A stretch of 63,919 bases of DNA, the filler included, from Salisapilia sapeloensis CBS 127946 (Eukaryota; Protista; Oomycota): assembly GCA_023334545.1 (NCBI GenBank). It is 11 parts of 11 records of this genome, joined end to end, with 100 filler letters (N's around TTAATTAATTAA, not from the genome) between each part and the next. Parts side by side here need not be neighbours in the genome. Positions count along the whole stretch, not along the records: positions 48,272 to 54,053 come from JAADVB010000591.1; positions 54,154 to 58,153 come from JAADVB010000701.1; positions 58,254 to 59,419 come from JAADVB010001276.1; positions 59,520 to 61,534 come from JAADVB010000986.1; 7 more parts are not named here. The stretch is one strand, 5' to 3'. Of the stretch, positions 48,172 through 59,681 are shown piece by piece (the first letter of the stretch is position 1; each line of letters starts with the position of its first letter). Made by a program: the position numbers and the translations under genes. The notes under the pieces are model-generated. The model did not search any database. It was not told where the DNA came from and worked only from the letters and a program-made list of their open reading frames with translations.

Positions 48172-48271
48172 NNNNNNNNNNNNNNNNNNNNNNNNNNNNN
48201 NNNNNNNNNNNNNNNTTAATTAATTAANNNNNNNNNNNNNNNNNNNNNNNNNNNNNNNNNNNNNNNNNNNN
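48172..48271. other. Artificial contig spacer
   Basis: 44 N + TTAATTAATTAA + 44 N. Confidence 0.98.
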
Positions 48272-48366
48272 AGCTGCGGGTCAAGTGCAGCGTCACGACG
48301 CTCGAGCCGCTGGACTTTGCGGCCGAGAGTCGGGAGCTCCTCCAAGCCATCGACAAGTACAACTAA
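48272..48366 (+). CDS. RPA1: Replication protein A 70-kDa subunit C-terminal end, copy 1
   Basis: LRVKCSVTTLEPLDFAAESRELLQAIDKYN* matches the RPA1 DBD-C terminus pattern RVK.V....D...ES..LL..I. Only 30 codons are visible. Confidence 0.65.
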
Positions 48367-48412
48367 CTGAGCGGTGAGGACGGCAATGGAGTAGGAAAGA
48401 CGAAATGCATTT
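48272..48412 (+). repeat. 141-bp exact inverted terminal repeat, left copy (partner 53913-54053)
   Basis: Exact reverse complement of 53913-54053. Confidence 0.97.
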
Positions 48413-48518
48413 GATGAGGTATATTCAGGATCAAAATGGTTTTGGATTGTTGTGGTCTAGCGAATGAATACGGTGTTTGCTGCTAGATGATCGTTCGAAA
48501 GCTCATCTTAGCCTTGTA

Positions 48519-50678
48519 CTAGATTGCGGCGTTCGAGATTTCCTTTCATTGACCTTGTCATTGCTCGGAAGAGACTTGTCCAAGTGGCTTCTTTGGAGTA
48601 TGTAGTACGGAGTATGTTTCTCGGAATATTCACCTCGTGCAAAAATTCCTGCTTCCGACTTTATACTTGTCGTAGCTTTTCCTATTGTAGTTTGGAATGG
48701 ACCTCCAACCCATTTTTCTTTGCCTTGCTATTCAGACAAAGCACAAATGTTTAACAATGAGCTTTGAGCTCTCAACAAAGTAGAGGACATACCTGTTCTT
48801 CCATTGTGGCACGTTCGAGCTTACTCATGTATGGACCATCGTCTACGATCGAATAATACGTAGCCTTCCCTGCTTGGACCTCCTGGTCTCGCAATTGTTC
48901 AAAGCGTTTCACAGCGCAATAAGGTTTCGTTCGCTCGGTCTTTTGGACAACTCGTACTCGTCTACGAGACTCTTTTGGCTTCTATAGCAACACACGATGC
49001 ATCAGAATTTATTTGTCGTTTGATATGATGCAGGAAGAAAAGTACCTGTGGCTTAGCATTCAGCGTCTTGCTACCAAAAGCTTCCTTCATACTGCGATGC
49101 TTTTTGCATTCATTTGGTTCCTTTTGGTTCGAGACATTACAATCCGGAGGAATTAATAGCTTCTGCTTCGATGTGACTTCATTCTTGGGGCATATACTAG
49201 AGTCAACTCTTGCCAATGAATTCTTAGGTGACTGAATAATGGACATTTCAGATGTGATCGAGTATGTAGCTCTAGCTGTTTGAACTTGGCGAGGTGTATA
49301 TGATGAAACTAGACTAGATGACCGTACTGGAGCGGCTGAAACTGGTCGACATCTTCGAGGAGAAGACGGCATTGATTTCCACACTGAAACTTGTGGTGAC
49401 TGGTTACTCTTATCGTCACCAAGACGCCCCCGCGCAGTGGCCACTTGCCGAAATACAGCCTTAACACCCAAACTTTCAATATGTTTGCATCGGCTAGATG
49501 CTTTCGCTTTTGCCAAGCTTCTGCGATCACGAAAAGTTCCACGCAATGCGTTCAAGTATCCGCTATCGTCGCACTCGTATTCCTTCATAGTCTTGTATTT
49601 GGAAAGCAAGAACTCTCGTAAAAGCACACAACTCTCTGGGTAAGTCCTTGACAGTACAAAGTGCGTTCCGACGCAATTTCCAAATTCAATAAACATGGGA
49701 CCTCGGTTACTATCGGCAAGCACACGATATCTACCGCCTCTAAAGTTAGATTGAACATTAATATAAAAGTAAATGCACGATGTTTACCTGTTACTGCTTG
49801 TACAAGCGATCACTTCGTCAATATTGAATTGGCTTTTACATTGAACGATAAATTCCCGATTAGGTAGCTGCAGCATGATTGTATTCCGTGCACATTCAAG
49901 ACGCACACAACAACGGGCCTCCCCTCGTTTGGCAAGGCACAGTCCTCCTTCTAATTTCACATGACATGGTCTTGACCCAGCACGTGCAGAGTTTGGTCGA
50001 GTACCGTACGGCTTTAAATTGTTGCTAGCATGGAGATTCATGCCTGTGTTACCGATTGGAACCCATTCGTTACGACCGTGCTCGAACGAAAAGAAGTCTC
50101 CTGACTTTGTGTCTAAGATGACACCGTTTCTATTCCCATTTTCTTTTTGGGCAGGAGCTTTGACGAGGTTCATGCTTTTAAAAGCCTCGCCGAGACCGTT
50201 ATTGTTAAGAATGGGTCGAAAGTCACCTCCAGTTGCAGTGACATATGCAATAAGACTAGCCCCGATGCTACTACCATAGTAGCATTTACCTGCTACCATG
50301 CACATCTTCGTTAACAAAGCCAATTGCTGGCACACAGGGGACCAAGGGAGTATCCTATGGTCGCCATCAACAACAACGAAGTCGATGTGATCAAAGCTGG
50401 CTATTGCAGTAGGTTCTGCAAACTCTGAATTCGGCTCGTACAGATAATCTTGTAGTTCAGAGTACCTGCGTTCCTATGCACAATAGACAAAACATTGGTA
50501 TGCAAGTAGCTTATCCATGTGAAGTTGCATACACGATGCCTACCACAAGCTCAATATTCATCACTTCATTTTTCTCTAGCTCCTTCAGCGTTGTATGCAG
50601 CTCTTGCTTAAAAGTCTTGTATAGTGCACATCCGTGCTTACTGTCTGGGGGATACCCATTAACAAGTAGCACACGCAT
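48519..50678 (-). CDS. Class I glutamine amidotransferase-like fold protein lacking catalytic residues, multi-exon
   Basis: Spliced MRVLLVNGY..|ERRYSELQDYLYE..IDFVVVDGD..LPW..KCYYGSSIGASLIAY..FGNCVGTHF....YPES..LLREF, then a low-complexity tail. The last exon is inferred to stop at 48519-21. Confidence 0.6.
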
Positions 50679-50792
50679 TTAGTTTCTCAAAATCGAATGG
50701 CACAGCTAAATTATTGTAGTATCTGTCCGTTTCAGTTTCAGCGGCAATGAGGCTAAAAGTTAGCGAGTCTTCTGCAAGCGCTGTATCTTTCA

Positions 50793-51305
50793 ATGAGACC
50801 TTCTTACCCAGAATGGCCAACTGAGCTCGGATACCCACAGACGATCCTACTTGATACTTCCAAGCATCGAACGCTGCTATCTGATCGTTCAGGCATTGTG
50901 GATAAATTTCGCAAGCGCCATCACAGCCAGAACGCCTTGACTACTGTCAAGTTGGCAGAAAGAAATCGCTCCGTCCAGCTTCATCATAATTCGCGGTTGC
51001 CTCGACCAGTATAAACTTTATGCAATCACCGGATCGACTGGAAACCTTACACAGGATGATATCATGTTAGCGATGTGGTCTCTCAGTTTATTGCAATAAG
51101 GAAATTGCCACTATTCAATGTCACGACTGCATCAAGTAGTACATTCACGTTAATTACTTCTTTATATTCCCGATAATCATTATACTTGGACAGATACGAC
51201 GCGGAAAAGAGAGGATATTTTTGCGACTCTTGCTTCTCAGCTAGACACCCATCCTACAGGTTGAAGCATTCGTGGAGCAGACTTCCAGGTGCCATTGTAC
51301 TATAG
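50793..51305 (+). CDS. Small B-box-like zinc-finger protein, three exons
   Basis: Splicing gives ..RP|RCGLSVYCNKEIATIQCHDCIK|YDAEKRGYFCDSCFSARHPSYRLKHSW, a C/C/CxxC/CxxC/H/H pattern. Both introns are GT-AG with matching phase. Confidence 0.6.
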
Positions 51306-51465
51306 TGTATCTTCCGAAATAAAATCTTATAAGACTGAGCTTAGCAAACCCAACTTTGGGGCATGCATGGCAAGCGCACATCTCGGGGTACACCCAGTCT
51401 ACCTATCAGCTTGAATAGCTTGCATTAAACTTTCATTATGCTGCAGCTTAGATGTCGAGCGATCA

Positions 51466-52437
51466 ATGGAGGAAACGAAGTGCTTACTTTCAAAGACAAA
51501 GAAGTTGATCTCTTGGACACAAGATCTTCGCAACGATGGGAAGGACACTAAAACAAACCTTGTATCCAATAATACTTTTGTTGGTTTAGAGGGACTCGAT
51601 CATTCAAAAGATGTAGCTAAGGATACTGATGAACGTCTTCGACTGCTAATTGATCAAGTTCAAAACGTTTTTGCCAAGGAAAGCCTGACTGCAAGGTATG
51701 ATGCTGCAACAAAGATTCAAAGTACCTGGAGAGTGTATCATGCGAGGCAGCTCATGCGGAACTTGGTCGCGTCTGTGTATCAAAGTTACCATGATCCAAC
51801 TACAGGAATTAAATACTACTACAACAGTGTAACGAAGACAACGCAGTGGACAAAACCTCGAGCACTTGGTGATCGCGACCTTGATTTGGCCGACAAAGCA
51901 AAGCATACGACTCAACCACTCGCTCGTAAAGCACTGAGCGAAGAAGAAGCTGCAATAATGGTCCAAAGACAATTTCGGCGAAAGCGTGGATTCAAAGCTC
52001 TGCTGGAGTTATGCAGATCAGTCTATGAGCGTCACTACGATGAGGACAGTCAACTGTATTACTACTATAACACTCGCACACACGAAACAACTTGGGACAA
52101 ACCTTTGCTTCTTCGCAATGCCAAAGCAGACGTGTATTCACCTCGAACAAAACTGCAGTTGATGAACAAGAACCCAAGTTTTATGCCTGAAAGTAGTACA
52201 ACAATAAGACGTAAAATTGCATGGACAGAAGAGTCAGCGGCTATTCGATTGCAGTGCGTATTTCGGGCAAGGAGAGCTCAACGAGAGCTAGAGACCAAGA
52301 TCCTCGAACAGTTTCGACGAGTAAAAGATGAAGAATCGGGAGACTACTTCTATGTGAACTTGCTGACAGGGTCGACATTATGGACTCTGCCTGCATTCAA
52401 GAATGCTTCGCGACTAGCGATCAAGGACTATGAGTAG
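51466..52437 (+). CDS. IQ-motif and WW-domain repeat protein
   Basis: Three IQ/WW units: KIQSTWRVYHAR + YYYNSVTKTTQWTKP, VQRQFRRKRG + YYYNTRTHETTWDKP, RLQCVFRARRA + FYVNLLTGSTLWTLP. Confidence 0.88.
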   Translation: MEETKCLLSKTKKLISWTQDLRNDGKDTKTNLVSNNTFVGLEGLDHSKDVAKDTDERLRLLIDQVQNVFAKESLTARYDAATKIQSTWRVYHARQLMRNLVASVYQSYHDPTTGIKYYYNSVTKTTQWTKPRALGDRDLDLADKAKHTTQPLARKALSEEEAAIMVQRQFRRKRGFKALLELCRSVYERHYDEDSQLYYYYNTRTHETTWDKPLLLRNAKADVYSPRTKLQLMNKNPSFMPESSTTIRRKIAWTEESAAIRLQCVFRARRAQRELETKILEQFRRVKDEESGDYFYVNLLTGSTLWTLPAFKNASRLAIKDYE

Positions 52438-52477
52438 ATCAAAGCTTTTTGGAGGTTGATAGTGCATCGTTGAAACG

Positions 52478-52835
52478 TCAACGCATAAAGTTTACGCTGA
52501 TGAAATCGTTCACAATGCGCTCTACACCCTCGCGTTCATCCCTTTGCAGTTCTTTTAATTGAACCTTGTCTAACTTCATGTAGTGAACACCAATTTTATC
52601 CCGTGTGCTTAGATGTGCCATGCTCGACGCAGCTATCGTCAGAGCTCTACTGTTTATCGAATATAGGAAATAAATGCCTCTCTTATCAGCTCTATTCAGG
52701 AGTATTGCATTGACACTATCATATTCTGCATAAACTCTATCGTAACCAGCTTTTAAGTGAACGCGGCAGCGTTGATGTTGGCAGCAGTGACGATAGCAAA
52801 TCTGAAGACTGCCCTCACGTTTATACTTACTCTGC
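52478..52835 (-). CDS. Possible last exon of an unidentified gene
   Basis: About 120 stop-free codons after a TAG acceptor, ending HLSTRDKIGVHYMKLDKVQLKELQRDEREGVERIVNDFISVNFMR*. No upstream exon resolved. Confidence 0.3.
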
Positions 52836-53209
52836 TAAGAATTTATAAAGTGGTTTTTCACTCCAAGTTTCCATGATGAAAGAGTAACGTTACTGGAAGG
52901 TATACGTGAGGCTTCAACTTTGTCCACATATAGTATATCGCTAATTGACAGAATCTACGGTTGTATGTTGTGACAAAGAGCTACCATGCATCAATAGTTG
53001 ACTTTCTTCCTTTTTTAATTATTGATATGAGGTGATAGAACTTCCGACTTCCAAGCTATCGGAAATGGATTCAGGAGTCAAATCTATAAATAAAGATCTA
53101 CTGATAAGGCGTGAGCTCTTCTAATTGTTCAAACTTTCCTTGGTGCAGTATAGCGCCTTGTCACTGCATCATACTTTGAGAACTCAGGTAGAAGCAGAAT
53201 AAAGTTATC

Positions 53210-53836
53210 ATGTCCTCCCAACAGTCATGCCAAACACTCTTTGCTATTATGGTCATCTGCTTGGTCCTCGTCATAGCGTCGGCTGAAGACACCACCGCTG
53301 TTCAAGATGACTTGTGCGACATGGACGAATCGGAGCTTACTGTTGATGGTACCATCCCACTCGAAATGTACTTTGGATCAAGGATAAAAGCAAACTCATC
53401 GAGTGTCGACACTGTCGGTACAAACGAATATCGGTTCTACCATCTCTGCTTTCAACGTCATCCTCATGAACATCAGATATCAGTAAATCTGACATGCATT
53501 GACGGAAATGCGAATCTCTATATATCCAGTGAGCAGCGATTTCCTCGAATCGGACACGCAACTTGGATTTCACAGCAACCCAGAAGCGATCATGCCACTT
53601 TGTACACGTACCTCGATGGGTTCCCTCGCAAGACAGAAGATTACGCACAGTATATCCCGCTCCATATCGGTGTGCTCGGTGCTGACGACGTCCCAGTGAA
53701 GTACAATCTAACAGTCACAGTATTCGACCTACAAGAAACGCGGCAAATAGAAGAACTAGAGCAGTTCTACACATTAAGACACGAGCACGACAGGCTTCGG
53801 CAACCACATCTAGTAGCCGGCGGTAGATGGCACTAG
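53210..53836 (+). CDS. Secreted protein with PPC-like beta-sandwich
   Basis: Signal peptide (LFAIMVICLVLVIASA|ED), then ISVNLTCIDGNANLYIS..P....TWIS and HIGVLG..YNLTV, a prepeptidase C-terminal-like pattern. Confidence 0.65.
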   Translation: MSSQQSCQTLFAIMVICLVLVIASAEDTTAVQDDLCDMDESELTVDGTIPLEMYFGSRIKANSSSVDTVGTNEYRFYHLCFQRHPHEHQISVNLTCIDGNANLYISSEQRFPRIGHATWISQQPRSDHATLYTYLDGFPRKTEDYAQYIPLHIGVLGADDVPVKYNLTVTVFDLQETRQIEELEQFYTLRHEHDRLRQPHLVAGGRWH

Positions 53837-53912
53837 AAACTTCGAGACGGAAGACATCAATAAACGCACACCCACATTCATCAAACCATGCCTACCATGA
53901 TAGGCACCAATA

Positions 53913-54053
53913 AAATGCATTTCGTCTTTCCTACTCCATTGCCGTCCTCACCGCTCAGTTAGTTGTACTTGTCGATGGCTTGGAGGAGCTCCCGACTCTC
54001 GGCCGCAAAGTCCAGCGGCTCGAGCGTCGTGACGCTGCACTTGACCCGCAGCT
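53913..54053 (-). repeat. 141-bp exact inverted terminal repeat, right copy
   Basis: Reverse complement of 48272-48412. Confidence 0.97.
53959..54053 (-). CDS. RPA1: RPA1 C-terminal end, copy 2 (identical, inverted)
   Basis: Same 30 codons and stop as 48272-48366. Confidence 0.65.
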
Positions 54054-54153
54054 NNNNNNNNNNNNNNNNNNNNNNNNNNNNNNNNNNNNNNNNNNNNTTA
54101 ATTAATTAANNNNNNNNNNNNNNNNNNNNNNNNNNNNNNNNNNNNNNNNNNNN
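54054..54153. other. Artificial contig spacer
   Basis: 44 N + TTAATTAATTAA + 44 N. Confidence 0.98.
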
Positions 54154-54416
54154 AGCGCTTCGACTGAAGCTTCACTGAGTGCGTTCGCCCAGTTGACGTC
54201 GCCCAGTGACGATGCGCAGGTCTTGAAGTCCAAGAATAGTCCTCGGATAAAAACTCACCCGAACAATGCGATAAAGAGGAGGAAAAAGAGTTGGGAATTC
54301 TGATTGAAAACGTATGGGGAGGTAGCATTTCAGAACAAGATCTGAACGATAAAGAGCGTGGCTGACAGCTTGCGTGGTTGAAGATGACTGAGCAGCAACT
54401 CCGTCAAGATGACTAA
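54154..54416 (+). pseudogene. 3' end of a START-FYVE family pseudogene
   Basis: STEASLSAFAQ and LIENVWGGSISEQDLNDKERG*QLAWLKMTE align with the intact paralog at 63163-63918. There is a 1-bp frameshift near 54238 and a TGA at 54363-65 where the paralog has Arg. Confidence 0.85.
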
Positions 54417-55084
54417 AGGACTGGTAGATCAGAGAAAAGGAGAAGAATGACGCCAAAACGTTGTTGAGATTGAGATTAAAAAGCTTGTTTCTTTGGCAAT
54501 AGGTTTCGCCAGCAACTACTTACCCAAGTCAAATTTCTCTGAGGTGCTTTATAAAGATACTTGTGCTTAATTATTCGAGCTATGTCATCATTTCCTACCG
54601 ATCCCTTGCGGTCAATTCCTTTTGCCTTCAAGTGATGAAGCGTTTCTTGATTACAATGAGCTATTTCGTACACCATCCCTGCTATCTCTTACCCTCCAAG
54701 CACCAAATTTTGCTCATGATCCTTTATCCCATTTACCGACAAGTCCACTGTACCATTTTCTTCCCAACTAAAATATCAATTTAAAATTTATTATATGTTG
54801 ATTATTAGTTCAACGTGTATCCTGAATCTTAGCAGGATCGTAGAATATAATGTTGTCAACGACTGCTGAACAACTCGAGGATTATAAAATGAGGTGATTC
54901 TTGACAATGACGGGTGTCTTATATCGTTGATAGTATTTATTAATGTCCTGTAGCACATTTCGTTTCACCTCATATGAAATAAAGCCATTCCTACGTTCAT
55001 CCACCTTTTCATAATAACTTTCGTCTGTTTACTTTTTGCCGTTCCTGGAAAACTAGACCGTTTTTAAAGTTTGTATCTATTTGA

Positions 55085-56243
55085 TTAAGCGGCAAGGTAG
55101 AGGCAGCGGGCGGAAAGCGCGAGGATGAAGACGAAGAGGAATCGCATGCTGTCGTTCATGATCCTCATGGCCTGTTGGATGCCCTCTATACAGTATGTTT
55201 ACTTGGTGACGATGAGTCTAGGTATGCTTATAAGATATGATTACGTTTAAGCGCAGGTCGATTCGCGAGAAGAAAGTTGGCGATCATGCCCATGCTACCT
55301 TTGTCGCCAGTATCGATCGACGGAAGCTGCATGCTCGTTCTTACGATGCCAAAGATGATCGAGACACCAAATCGGATGGCCAAGGCGATTAAAAGCAGGG
55401 GTGGCGAAGAGACGAGAGACGTGGGAAAGTCGATCAGATCCTGCAAGAACCCAGCACCAAGGCTTCCATCGGCCGAAGACACTTTCTTTGCCTGCTGCTC
55501 AAGCCATTCTTCTACCTGCGAAACGGCGGATGGCTCCAACTACATGCCAATGTAATATTAACTTCGTATCAACGTCAGTAGACAACAGATTGGTGTACAT
55601 GATCACGTTGGAGCTGGTTTCGGATCGTATCCACTGGCATACCCTGGTTTAGTAGATCCTGGTACGGTTCAAAGATGGTCTTATCCATCTGGAGCGCTTC
55701 TACCACGTAGCTGACGTTGACTTGGAAGGCCATGAAGATTGCAGCACCGATCAATAGACACAAGACAAGCTTTTGTTCCATGCTTTGCATGCGCAAGGCG
55801 AGCGCATGACCTCCAACAGTCTTTGGAGCCGTAACTGGCTTCTGAACTGATTTCTCAGTTCGTGGTTTATTCGTTGAAGTAGATGGTTCATCCGCAGAGG
55901 CCTCGAGAATACTCTGCGCCTGCTCTTCCTGCTGCTTCCGACGAGCAGCAGCGGCACGCCGGCGTGCTGCAGGATCGACTCTACGAGGAATCTGGAGTGT
56001 AGAGCTTTCTTCTTGTTGCTCTGTCTTGCTCGCATCCGTAGATTTATTAGTCAAGTCGGCTGACGCGTTGTCTCCACTGCTGAGGAGCTCATTGGCAGCA
56101 TCATCCATTTGTTGGTCTTCAGTTGGCTCCTTCAAGGATGAGATTTGACCCGATACTAATTTCATCCGATCTTCAGAAGAAGCGAGCACGCGTGCTCTAC
56201 GTGCAGCACGCTTCTCTGCTGCTGTCATACCTGAAGAACTCAT
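55085..56243 (-). CDS. GET2/CAML-like tail-anchored-protein insertase receptor, introns 55540-55598 and 55186-55244
   Basis: N-terminal basic motif AEKRAARRARVLASSEDRMKLVSG, a long disordered linker, then three hydrophobic segments, the last NDSMRFLFVFILAL at the C-terminus. Confidence 0.65.
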
Positions 56244-56562
56244 CCGTGTAGCTGCTGATCAAGCGTAGTATGCAAATTATGGTGATGCGATTCCAAGCAG
56301 ATGCGCATTTAAGAGGTACCATCATTGTACCGCTTAGCTTCGCGCGGGTTTCCATCGTCTTGTGGATATGGCAGCAACGAAGACAAGCTCATCCGTCTTT
56401 GTAAGTACGAAGATATTGGTAGAGCTGATCGAGTGATAGAGCGTGGAATACAACTTATTGAAGAGGAATTTCGACCGTGCCGAGTAGCTTCCTGAGAGCA
56501 TACTGAAATCAAGTTAAACGTCGCGACAATGAATGGAGACACCAAACGAGAAATCGGTGAAA

Positions 56563-58153
56563 ATGGCGGAAGAAGAGTCTTCTCCACCCCGTTTCTCTGG
56601 TAAAAAGACGCAAAAAGATGAAGAACAAAAGCAAAATGGGTGCTGCCAGAGCCAATCTTCCTGCTCATGTCAACCGTATGAAGTGAATTATGCTGCTGCT
56701 CGTACTACTAGACGCTAACATGTTATCCATAGGAATGAGAAACAGCTAGCCACTCGCAAGACAAAGAGAAAGCCTTCGAAAGCTGCCATGCGCCGTCGTA
56801 TGGCAAATCAGATTCCAGAGTCCATCCAGAACGATCCAGAGCTCACGAAAGCGATTGAACAGGTTATTATTATCCGTGTCTGACTACCGGTTGCACTTCT
56901 CATGTAATTTTTATTGTTGTAGCTTCCTTGGAACTACAACTTTGAGATTCGGAAGACTGTGTGGCGGGTGAAGCAGGCAGAAAGCAAGCGCGTAGCTCTT
57001 CAATTCCCAGAAGGACTGCTCATGTACTCTTGCATTATTTCGGATATCATCGAGCGCTTTACTGGTGCTGAGACGATTATACTTGGAGATGTAATGTATG
57101 AGTTGTATATCGGTTGTAAATGTGCTGATTAGATGTTGGATAGGTGACATATGGAGCGTGCTGCGTGGACGACTTGACGGCGCTCGCTCTCGGTGCAGAC
57201 TTTATGGTGCATTATGGACACAGTTGCCTCGTTCCAATCGACGTGACTACCATCAAGATGCTCTACGTGTTTGTCGACATTGCTATAGACATTGACCACG
57301 TACAAATTGCGTATCATCATGTAGATATATGGGACTAAAAGTGATGATAGTTGGTCGAGTGCATCAAGCTGACTTTTAAACCAGAAGACAAGGTAAACAC
57401 ATTGAATTCGAAGACAGTCTTATTAGAATGCTTATGAAGCATGCCATATAACTAGTTGGCGTTGATGGGCACTATTCAATTCAGCAGTTCCGTCCACGTC
57501 ATTTCGACGCAACTCAAGGACCATTTTCCCCACCTCTATGTCCCTCAAGTCAAGCCTCTTTCTCCGGGAGAAGTCTTGGGCTGCACATCTCCTAATCTAG
57601 ATGATGTCGAGTCTTTGGTCTTTATCGCCGACGGTCGCTTCCATCTGGAGGTACGACGTCGACAGACACAATATTGCATCGACAAAACTAACTAAAGGAT
57701 GCATGACAGTCCGCCATGATCGCCAATCCGAGTCTGAAGGCTTATCGTTACGATCCGTATCCAAAGGTTCTATCGAAAGAGAGCTACGACCTTCCTCAGA
57801 TGCAATCGATTCGATCGGACGCCATCGCCAAGGCCAAGAGTGCCAATAAATTCGGAATTATTCTAGGCACATTGGGTCGACAAGGAAATCCGAACGTACT
57901 GGACCGATTGAAAGAGCATTTGGAGGACGCTGGGAAAGAGTACTTTGTCATGCTCTTGTCTGAAATCTTTCCAGACAAATTGGCGCGCTTCAAAAATGTG
58001 GACGCTTGGATACAAGTTGCATGCCCTCGCCTCTCTATTGACTGGGGATATGCCTTTGAGCAGGTATGAGAGCTTTCAATGTACTGGGAATGCACGTCGT
58101 CTTATCGATTTAATGTAGCCACTGCTGTCGCCATATGAAGCGGAAGTGTGCCT
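56563..58153 (+). CDS. DPH1: Diphthamide synthase subunit DPH1, multi-exon; 3' end truncated
   Basis: [27 protein letters not shown]|[43 protein letters not shown] and [14 protein letters not shown]. Confidence 0.96.
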
Positions 58154-58253
58154 NNNNNNNNNNNNNNNNNNNNNNNNNNNNNNNNNNNNNNNNNNNNTTA
58201 ATTAATTAANNNNNNNNNNNNNNNNNNNNNNNNNNNNNNNNNNNNNNNNNNNN
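58154..58253. other. Artificial contig spacer
   Basis: 44 N + TTAATTAATTAA + 44 N. Confidence 0.98.
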
Positions 58254-58254
58254 A

Positions 58255-59419
58255 CGCTGGAAGCCAATTAAGTCATCCGATGGTGTGACCATGTACCGAG
58301 AGCGAAATCCACCTCGGCGTGTAGTGAAAGATTCATACACCGACAGTGCTGGCTGGCAAATGCCTCGTGTCATCGTCGGCAACGGAACGATTTCAAATAA
58401 TTTTGATGATCTCTTATATGGTCTCGCATTCGGCGACGAGGCAGCACTTTTGCAAAATGTGGGCTACGCTGGATCACCAGTGAAAAATTGTCAAATCTTG
58501 TCAACGATTGAAAAGCCGACTTTGGAGCATCCATTTCGCAGTACTGTTCTCCAATGGAGTTGCGGTAGCCCAAGCCCAGTACTCCGGGGGATTGTCAAAG
58601 ATCGAGACGCCGTTTACATTCGAGCGGATGGGATCCTTCAAGTCTCTAACGACGAACGTATTGGTTACTGTTTGCTACATTCTGTGGACTTACCAAGCAC
58701 TCCACCGCTCGAAGGACGAGGCATCGTGAGAGCCCGTGTTTCATATTGTCTTCTTTTTAAGCCCGTTGGTGATCGATCGGTTGAAGTTTTCGTCAAAGGT
58801 TATTATGAAGTATCTGGAAATAGCTTTCTCGACTCTATCGCTATCGTTAGTGTGGCCAGTTCGCTCATGGATACGTGGACATCCGTCCAATCTGCGAAAC
58901 ATAAAAAGCTTTCGTGGCTCCTTCAGAGGAAAAATGTGAACAAGGACGATATCATGGACTTTATTGGTACGAGCGAAGCTGGAAGCACTTCGGAGTGTCG
59001 ATCCTGCAAAAAGCGGTTTGGTCCCTTACGCAAAGCTTACCCCTGTACTTTGTGTGAGTTTTCTGTCTGTGGGAAATGTGTTCTTTCCATTGAGATGATC
59101 GACGTCATTCCCCAATTAAAGTTGATGACTAAGAAGATTCGCCTCTGTCTCAATTGCGACCAACTGATTAGCCACGTCAATTCGTACAAAGTTGCTCGAG
59201 AGGAAATTCGAGCTGGGCGGTACGAAAATGATGGTAGTGGATCCACCATCGTAGAGCCATCCAGGATCTCTCAGCTGACGGAAGAATCGGGTGTTTGGTC
59301 AGGCAAGGAATCATGCTCTGGTGAAATCTATGAGTTTGGCGCGGATCAAGTAAGTCCTTCAACTGAAGGTTCGCTGAGCGCCTTTGCACAGTTCACATCG
59401 TCTAGCGCAGTTGCTAAAG
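58255..59419 (+). CDS. START-like + FYVE-type zinc-finger protein; both ends truncated
   Basis: RWKPIKSSDGVTMYRER, ERIGYCLLHSVDLP..GIVRARVS START-like region, then four CxxC pairs (CRSC, CTLC, CGKC, CLNC). Confidence 0.85.
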
Positions 59420-59519
59420 NNNNNNNNNNNNNNNNNNNNNNNNNNNNNNNNNNNNNNNNNNNNTTAATTAATTAANNNNNNNNNNNNNNNNNNNNNNNNN
59501 NNNNNNNNNNNNNNNNNNN
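59420..59519. other. Artificial contig spacer
   Basis: 44 N + TTAATTAATTAA + 44 N. Confidence 0.98.
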
Positions 59520-59681
59520 CAACAGCTCTATCGGTCTATCGTCCTCCTCTCATCATCCTTCGTCTTAAAGAATACAACCACCCTTGCCAATGCGTATATG
59601 TTTCCAACTACCGATACTTATATTCATACTTTGGTCTACCCGTCGACTTAAATACACTACACGACGCCAGCTTAGCTTAGC

